IMG/VR virus record: IMGVR_UViG_3300017788_002882
Coordinates: 37,717-101,716 of that record
Strand: one strand, 5' to 3'
Source: a virus
Length of the DNA stretch: 64,000 nucleotides
Shown: piece after piece, positions 58,656 to 64,000 of the stretch
Numbering within the stretch: position 1 is the stretch's first letter
Layout of the letters: the number at the start of each line of letters is the position of its first letter
Program-made: the position numbers and the translations under genes
Notes under the pieces: model-generated
What the model was told of the DNA's origin: nothing
Database searches by the model: none
What the model saw: only the letters and a program-made list of their open reading frames with translations

Positions 58656-59518
58656 ATCAAAACTATTTTTTTTATTAAATTATTCCATTTTCTATATCTT
58701 TTGAACTCATCAATTCCTGAGGATTCTTCAATCATAAATTCTTCTTTATTCAAATCTATTAAAAAATTTGATTTTTCCAACTCTTGATACATTTTCATAT
58801 ACTCCTCTGAGTAAGAATAATCCTTGTTTACATCCGCAACTTTTTTTATTCTTTCAACTGATGTTGAATCCCACTTAAAATGGTGAACTTGAACTGAATG
58901 TGTGTTATATGGGGCAATCAATGGGTGGCTCCATCCTTGCCATTTCCAAGTTGTGTGACCATCAATCGATGCATAATGTTGTCCATTTGTTAAAGTAACC
59001 CAACCCCTTGAAACACAAATTTTATTCGGACAGGCGTAACTCATTGGATACCGAAAAAAACCCATCACAGGAAATTGTTTCCAAATACTTTCTTTTTCTT
59101 GGATTTTAGGAAAATTACCTCCTTCACCTATTCGGTCGATAAATCCCCCTCTTACTATTTCCCATCCATTCAAGTCACAATCCAAAACGAGGCGTCTCAG
59201 GTCATCTTTTGGATATAAATGAAACTCATCTATATCTGCAACAACCCACCAATCATTTTTATGAGTTGATTTGACTTCATTGTAAAGTTTTGTCACCATT
59301 TCCCAATCAAAAACTTTGTGATAAACTTTTTTTACAATGTTTATATTTTCATACTCAAATATGATTTTTTTTACGTCTTTATCAATTTTGGGATGTAACT
59401 CTGAATTATAACAAACAATTTGAATTTCATCCACATATTTTCGATAATGATTTATAAAATGTGGGAGTAAGTTGACTCCATGTCCTATGACTGTGACTAA
59501 TCTTATCATTTTTTCCAA
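58652..59518 (-). CDS. GT-A fold glycosyltransferase (GT2_4-like)
   Basis: LLPHFINHY, WWVVADIDEF, GQH and VHHFKW motifs. Confidence 0.7.
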   Translation of the reverse strand: MEKMIRLVTVIGHGVNLLPHFINHYRKYVDEIQIVCYNSELHPKIDKDVKKIIFEYENINIVKKVYHKVFDWEMVTKLYNEVKSTHKNDWWVVADIDEFHLYPKDDLRRLVLDCDLNGWEIVRGGFIDRIGEGGNFPKIQEKESIWKQFPVMGFFRYPMSYACPNKICVSRGWVTLTNGQHYASIDGHTTWKWQGWSHPLIAPYNTHSVQVHHFKWDSTSVERIKKVADVNKDYSYSEEYMKMYQELEKSNFLIDLNKEEFMIEESSGIDEFKRYRKWNNLIKKIVLI

Positions 59519-60498
59519 AAACTATAAATTCCCTTATCTATTTCATATTCACTCCACACAAATCTTTCTCTAATTGGTTGTTTTTGTGCCCACTCCCACA
59601 TAATTGTGAGACCCTCTTTCATAGACGTTTTGTATTCGAATCCTAATATATCGATTGATTTTTGATATGTTGGGATTGAATGTTTTACTTCATGTCTTCC
59701 TTCCAAATAAACAACTTCACCTGCCCCAATCACTTCTCTCATAATTTCGGAAGCTTCTTTGATTGAAATTTCTTCAATTCCACCCAAGTTAATGATTTGT
59801 TTTGATGCTTCAGGTCGGATTGCTGCATTCCACAATGGTTTCAAAGAATCATCAATGAATGAAAAAGCTCTTGTCTGTTCTCCATCCCCAAAAATAGTCA
59901 TAGGTAATCCATTGAGATGTTGATACATCCAAATCCCAAGAACATTTCTGTATTTATCCCAAATGTTCTGTTTTATCCCATAAACATTATGGGGGCGTAT
60001 AATTGTCCAATCTAATCCGTGTTGTTCTCCTGCAATTTGAATATCCATTTCACATCCATACTTTGCTACACCGTAAGGATCGATTGGTTTTGGTGTTTGA
60101 ATTTCATCAAAAAGACCAATATATCCATGTCCATAAACTGCTAAAGTTGATGTAAATATTAATCTTTTGACATCATTTTTGATACATTCATTGATTACAT
60201 TTGCGGTAGAAACTAAATTGTTTTCATAGTTATACTTTCTTATAAATGGAGACAATCCTTCAGCAGCATAAGCTGCAAGATGATACACATAATCGGGTTT
60301 GTATTTTTGGAATATATCTTTCAGTTCATCAGATTTACAATCAATTTGATAAAACTTCACTAAATCATTAATATTTTCTTTATATCCACCTGATAAATCA
60401 TCAACACCAATAACTTCAACATCTTTTATATTATCGATTATCCAATCGGCAAGTCTTGAACCTAAAAGACCAGCAACTCCTGTAATTAATACTTTCAT
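59506..60498 (-). CDS. NAD-dependent nucleotide-sugar epimerase/dehydratase
   Basis: TGVAGLLGS, DDLSGG, PYGVAK, RPHNVYG and GDGEQTRAF motifs. Confidence 0.9.
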   Translation of the reverse strand: MKVLITGVAGLLGSRLADWIIDNIKDVEVIGVDDLSGGYKENINDLVKFYQIDCKSDELKDIFQKYKPDYVYHLAAYAAEGLSPFIRKYNYENNLVSTANVINECIKNDVKRLIFTSTLAVYGHGYIGLFDEIQTPKPIDPYGVAKYGCEMDIQIAGEQHGLDWTIIRPHNVYGIKQNIWDKYRNVLGIWMYQHLNGLPMTIFGDGEQTRAFSFIDDSLKPLWNAAIRPEASKQIINLGGIEEISIKEASEIMREVIGAGEVVYLEGRHEVKHSIPTYQKSIDILGFEYKTSMKEGLTIMWEWAQKQPIRERFVWSEYEIDKGIYSFWKK

Positions 60499-61223
60499 TT
60501 TTTTTTATTAATAATTGTAATCCCACTCGAAGAAGGTTTATCCTTCAATATACGAAAATTATGTAATTTTATCAAGTTCCATTCTTGGCTTTGCTCCAAT
60601 TCTGAAACGAGTTTCGATGGTCCATCGAACCGATGATAATCTTTTTTTGAGTCTTCTGATACAATCAAAGTTTTCTCGTATTCATCATCAGTATCATGTA
60701 AAACAATAACCCCATTCTCTGTTAAGAGTTGAGAATAAAGTTCAAAGTCTTTTTTTACCCCTTCGTATGAATGGTCCCCATCTATAAACAATAAATCTAT
60801 TTTTATATCTTGTCGTACAAAAAAATCGTAATAGGCATCAACCGAAGTTGATTTTATTAAACGGGGATAAAATTTATTTCTGAATAATGAAGTTTCATCT
60901 TCGAGGTCATTTGGTCCTCCAACACCGTTACAAGCGTCAACCAAGTATGTTGTTCCAATATCCCCCCAATTGAAATCAGGATTTCCATCGAAAATTTTTT
61001 GATTGTATAAATCAACTCTTGCTTGAGTCATTATTCTAGGAATAAATCCTCCTCCAGACCCAATACAAACACATACTTTTGACCTCATGTGTTGTATTAA
61101 TGAATATACAATTATACCATCCCCTAAATGAAATTTGGTCGCACCATGGGACCAAAGATAAGGTACTACTTCGCCATTATTTGTTGTAATGAACTTTTCA
61201 ATAAACTCCTGATTTGTAATCAT
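60495..61223 (-). CDS. Class I SAM methyltransferase (Methyltransf_24-like)
   Basis: IGSGGG, DLLFIDGDHSYEGV and GVIVLHD motifs. Confidence 0.8.
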   Translation of the reverse strand: MITNQEFIEKFITTNNGEVVPYLWSHGATKFHLGDGIIVYSLIQHMRSKVCVCIGSGGGFIPRIMTQARVDLYNQKIFDGNPDFNWGDIGTTYLVDACNGVGGPNDLEDETSLFRNKFYPRLIKSTSVDAYYDFFVRQDIKIDLLFIDGDHSYEGVKKDFELYSQLLTENGVIVLHDTDDEYEKTLIVSEDSKKDYHRFDGPSKLVSELEQSQEWNLIKLHNFRILKDKPSSSGITIINKKK

Positions 61224-61235
61224 ATAAAAGATTAT

Positions 61236-61907
61236 CTATTTATTATTTTTCTTTTCAATATTTGCGGGGGTATTTTTACCAAAAGCGTAACTTCCGATGT
61301 GATAAATTTCGTTACTCAAATTTGTATCAACTTTAACCTCATAACCTAAATGATTTATTTTTTTGAACAACGTAAAATCTTCTCCTACCCAATCCTGAGT
61401 TTTATTATCATAGGTGTATTCAAAATAAGGTTTTTTGAGTTGGTTGAATATTTCGGTTTTCATTAGTGCACAACCCATACCAATTGCTTCAACGGTCAAT
61501 AACTCATCTTGTTTTTGTAATGGAACCCAACTTTCCCAATCCGTTATATCCATGAACGCAACTGATTTCATAGGGTTCGACCGTTTCATGTAATTACAAG
61601 CAACGATGTTTTGATTATGTGATAACAGCCTAAGTAATGTTGTGGATGGAAATACCATATCACTATCTAACCACAACACCCAATCAGACTTGATTTGGAT
61701 AGCTTGGTCAATAAGTTGTTCTCTTTGATTTATAAGAATTGTTGATGCATTAAAAAATAAATGAACATCTAAACCCATTTGAGTTGATGTTTTCATTAAA
61801 TTAGTTAAGGAGTATGAAAAATGAGAATAAACCGTATCTCTTGTAGGGACTAATATTGATACAGAAGTTGAAGTACCATCCCATATTGTACTCTTAAAAA
61901 CACTCAT
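61236..61907 (-). CDS. GT-A fold glycosyltransferase
   Basis: LWLDSDM, GMGCALMK, GEDF and HIG motifs. Confidence 0.7.
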   Translation of the reverse strand: MSVFKSTIWDGTSTSVSILVPTRDTVYSHFSYSLTNLMKTSTQMGLDVHLFFNASTILINQREQLIDQAIQIKSDWVLWLDSDMVFPSTTLLRLLSHNQNIVACNYMKRSNPMKSVAFMDITDWESWVPLQKQDELLTVEAIGMGCALMKTEIFNQLKKPYFEYTYDNKTQDWVGEDFTLFKKINHLGYEVKVDTNLSNEIYHIGSYAFGKNTPANIEKKNNK

Positions 61908-62350
61908 TTTACACCAGGTATTTTTGACATATCCATTTCAGCTTCATTTGCAGCCTCATTAATATTTCTAATGAGTTCTTTTGTTCTATTCATAACAAGC
62001 TTGAAATCGACTACAGGTAAATTACTAATAGTTGTGAATGTTTCTTTGGAGTATTTCCCATCCAAAAGTATTTCAACAGATGCTTTCCTTGAAAGGTTTT
62101 CTATCGTCGCCCATCGACAATACTCGAAATCATTACTCAATAATTTTTGTAGATTTTCGACATTATGTTTTTCCAAAATTCTATCCATAATACTAATTTC
62201 TTCTTTAACATCATTAGTACTTGTTAGTCTTTTTAACTCATCATATCTATCCAAAAATTTGATTAATTTTTCTTTGTCAAACTCAATACCAACCCAAGTA
62301 ATATTTTTGAGTTCATACTCTGACAAAAATTTCTTGTAATTATTTTTCAT
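61904..62350 (-). CDS. Hypothetical protein
   Basis: First gene of the minus-strand arm, ATGA-coupled to the next gene. Confidence 0.65.
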   Translation of the reverse strand: MKNNYKKFLSEYELKNITWVGIEFDKEKLIKFLDRYDELKRLTSTNDVKEEISIMDRILEKHNVENLQKLLSNDFEYCRWATIENLSRKASVEILLDGKYSKETFTTISNLPVVDFKLVMNRTKELIRNINEAANEAEMDMSKIPGVK

Positions 62351-62431
62351 ATGATGAATATTCAGATAGTAAAAATATAAATGAAAAAATACTATATCTA
62401 AATATTATCTATGGGAATATTAAATCATCTA

Positions 62432-62935
62432 TTATAGAGGACATGTGGTCACACCGATTACTACACCTGATGAATTAATTTGAGGGGAGTAAACTGAGGT
62501 ACTCGTACCATCAGATTTATAATACTCACTATTTCCATTAAATACAGTCGTAAGTTGTGAATTTGTGTACACAGTTTTTCCATTAGCAGCTGCCCAATCT
62601 GCGGTAGCAGTACTGAAATAAACTGCCAAATTGAAACTTGTGGTCGCACTACAAGCGTTGTTTGATGTCGCGTATCCCGCATTTGAAACATTACTAGTGA
62701 ATAAAACCAAACTATTACAGTAATTTTGTGGAGTATCCAAACCTCCCATATCAGATGAAAGGGTGGTTACAGCACCTGCAGAAATAGCGGTTACACCAAG
62801 GGCTTGAGGTGGTTGGCGGTTAACACCCAAAGTTGAATTCAATCCTATGTTAGATCCAGGTATTGGTGTCAATCCAAAAGCTGTATATACGCATCCTATA
62901 GAAATTTCCTGTCCTGTATTTGGTGTGTAGCCCAT
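62432..62935 (-). CDS. Probable virion/fibre-associated protein
   Basis: Follows the tail fibre gene; C-terminal module (VYTNSQL...FNG...INSSGVVIGVTTC) resembles the ends of 3412-4056 and 4294-7506. Confidence 0.6.
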   Translation of the reverse strand: MGYTPNTGQEISIGCVYTAFGLTPIPGSNIGLNSTLGVNRQPPQALGVTAISAGAVTTLSSDMGGLDTPQNYCNSLVLFTSNVSNAGYATSNNACSATTSFNLAVYFSTATADWAAANGKTVYTNSQLTTVFNGNSEYYKSDGTSTSVYSPQINSSGVVIGVTTCPL

Positions 62936-62956
62936 TTTATATAATTAACTTATAGA

Positions 62957-63007
62957 CCCCCGAACAAAATTTATTTAGTTTTTTTTATAAATAAATATGT
63001 TCGGGGG
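62957..63007. promoter_or_regulatory. Long intergenic inverted repeat enclosing a TATTTATA motif (62986-62993, minus strand)
   Basis: CCCCCGAACA (62957-62966) pairs with TGTTCGGGGG (62998-63007); inner ATTTATTTA pairs with TAAATAAAT. Confidence 0.65.
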
Positions 63008-63018
63008 GTGAATCTGTA

Positions 63019-64000
63019 TTATTGTATATTATCCAATTTATTCTTCAACTCGTCGATTTGATTTTGTTGGTCTTTAACACATTCAATCAGAAGAGCTACA
63101 ATTCTTTCATACTTGACAGCCAAATACCCATTTTCTCTCCTTGTAACAATTTCAGGTAAGATTTTTTCAATTTCTTGAGCAATTACACCGACATCATGAC
63201 CTTCATTTTCGTGAATACCTTCCATTGGAATCCAATCATATTCGTATCCTCCGATTTGTTTGATTTTCTCGATTGAGTTGTTTATCGGTTTGATATTCTC
63301 TTTCAATCTTCTATCTGAACCATAGAACGCAACAACATCATTTGTAGCTCTAATTAATCCGACTGTTGTAGGAGTATTAGTTCCAACACCAAGTGCTCCG
63401 TTGATGTATGCAGTGGTTCCATCGAAAGTGAAATTAGCTTCACCATTTATGGTTCCCGCAGTACCTGTAGCGGTTAATACAAAGTTGTTTGTATTATTGT
63501 TGATCGTTCCAAGTCCAGATGAACCACTAGATCCTGAGCTTCCACTAGATCCTGATGTTCCTGAGCTTCCACTAGATCCTGAAGAACCACTTGAACCTGA
63601 ACTTCCACTTGTGCCAGATGTTCCTGAACTTCCACTAGATCCTGAAGAACCTGAAGTACCCGACGTACCGTTGGTTCCTGAAGAACCACTAGATCCTGAG
63701 CTTCCACTCGATCCTGATGTTCCTGATGTTCCTGAACTTCCACTAGACCCTGATGAACCACTTGAACCTGAAGTACCCGACGTACCTGAACTTCCGCTAG
63801 AACCTGAAGATCCACTAGATCCAGAAGTACCTGATGTTCCAGAACTTCCACTAGACCCTGATGAACCACTCGATCCAGATGTTCCTGATGTTCCAGAACT
63901 TCCACTAGACCCTGATGAACCACTCGATCCAGATGTTCCTGATGTTCCTGAACTTCCGCTAGAACCTGAAGATCCACTAGATCCCGAAGTACCTGAAGTG
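63019..64000 (-). CDS. Tail fibre with Gly/Ser/Thr repeats and C-terminal peptidase S74 intramolecular chaperone (5' end outside the window)
   Basis: Manual translation ...GSSGSSGTS...NGEANFTFDG...IRATNDVVAFYGSDRRLKENI...GVIAQEIE...VKYERIVALLIECVK; the track's 95-aa ORF is only the C-terminal end. Confidence 0.9.
   Translation of the reverse strand, partial: TSGTSGSSGSSGSSGSSGTSGTSGSSGSSGSSGSSGTSGTSGSSGSSGSSGSSGTSGTSGSSGSSGSSGSSGTSGTSGSSGSSGSSGSSGTSGTSGSSGSSGSSGSSGTNGTSGTSGSSGSSGSSGTSGTSGSSGSSGSSGSSGSSGTSGSSGSSGSSGSSGLGTINNNTNNFVLTATGTAGTINGEANFTFDGTTAYINGALGVGTNTPTTVGLIRATNDVVAFYGSDRRLKENIKPINNSIEKIKQIGGYEYDWIPMEGIHENEGHDVGVIAQEIEKILPEIVTRRENGYLAVKYERIVALLIECVKDQQNQIDELKNKLDNIQ
63510..64000 (-). 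repeat. Coding 9-nt-period repeat encoding GSS/GTS
   Basis: Recurrent ccactagatcc and gatgttcct units. Confidence 0.9.

Noticed and set aside
7649-62691. Remaining 60-126 aa ORFs in the track that overlap larger genes (e.g. 8718-8999, 17902-18207, 42756-43136, 61971-62339)
   Set aside because: They lie antisense or off-frame to well-supported CDSs and show no recognisable motifs.
63474-63977. 167-aa ORF with QEHQEHLDRVV repeats
   Set aside because: It is an alternative-frame shadow of the GSS/GTS repeat in the tail fibre gene.
1-64000. Eukaryotic giant virus or cellular O-antigen locus
   Set aside because: The S74-chaperoned tail fibre and tightly overlapping operons indicate a phage. No flippase, polymerase or other membrane proteins of a cellular locus are seen. 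No capsid or terminase gene is in the window, so the call remains an inference.
1-64000. Stop-codon reassignment, tRNA/rRNA genes, transposases, diversity-generating retroelement
   Set aside because: Genes are intact in code 11 with all three stops used at gene ends. No such elements were recognisable by eye.

Overview
This AT-rich, gene-dense window looks like part of a large tailed dsDNA phage genome read in the standard code (TAA, TAG and TGA all act as stops). A Bacteroidota host is plausible but inferred, from SprB-like repeats and the absence of obvious Shine-Dalgarno sites. Both ends carry probable virion or fibre genes. On the left (minus strand, 1-7506) are Thr/Pro-rich Cys-containing proteins. 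On the right (minus strand, 62432-64000) is a Gly/Ser-repeat tail fibre with a peptidase S74 chaperone. Between them is a ~55 kb glycosylation and tailoring island in two convergent arms (plus 7618-28226, minus 28223-62350). It encodes glycosyltransferases (GT9, GT2, GT4 plus TibC/Aah-like, GT7-LamG), a GDP-sugar pathway (Gmd, ColD-like, reductases, split ThDP enzyme, C-methyltransferase), methyltransferases, a carbamoyltransferase, 8 SGNH-like proteins, 6 GT10-like paralogues, 6 2OG-Fe(II) oxygenases, 2 SET proteins, 3 radical SAM enzymes and a sulfotransferase. Two observations stand out. (1) A 912-aa protein fuses a circularly permuted ATP-grasp-like domain to four tandem Hint domains separated only by the dipeptides AP, RF and KF, with a terminal K. 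(2) About 20 otherwise unrelated tailoring enzymes share a C-terminal tag (roughly [K/S/T]-[L/I]-I-COOH), including 13 of the 15 consecutive genes after the Hint gene; the nucleotide-sugar synthesis enzymes lack it. All family calls come from motif recognition by eye; no searches were run.
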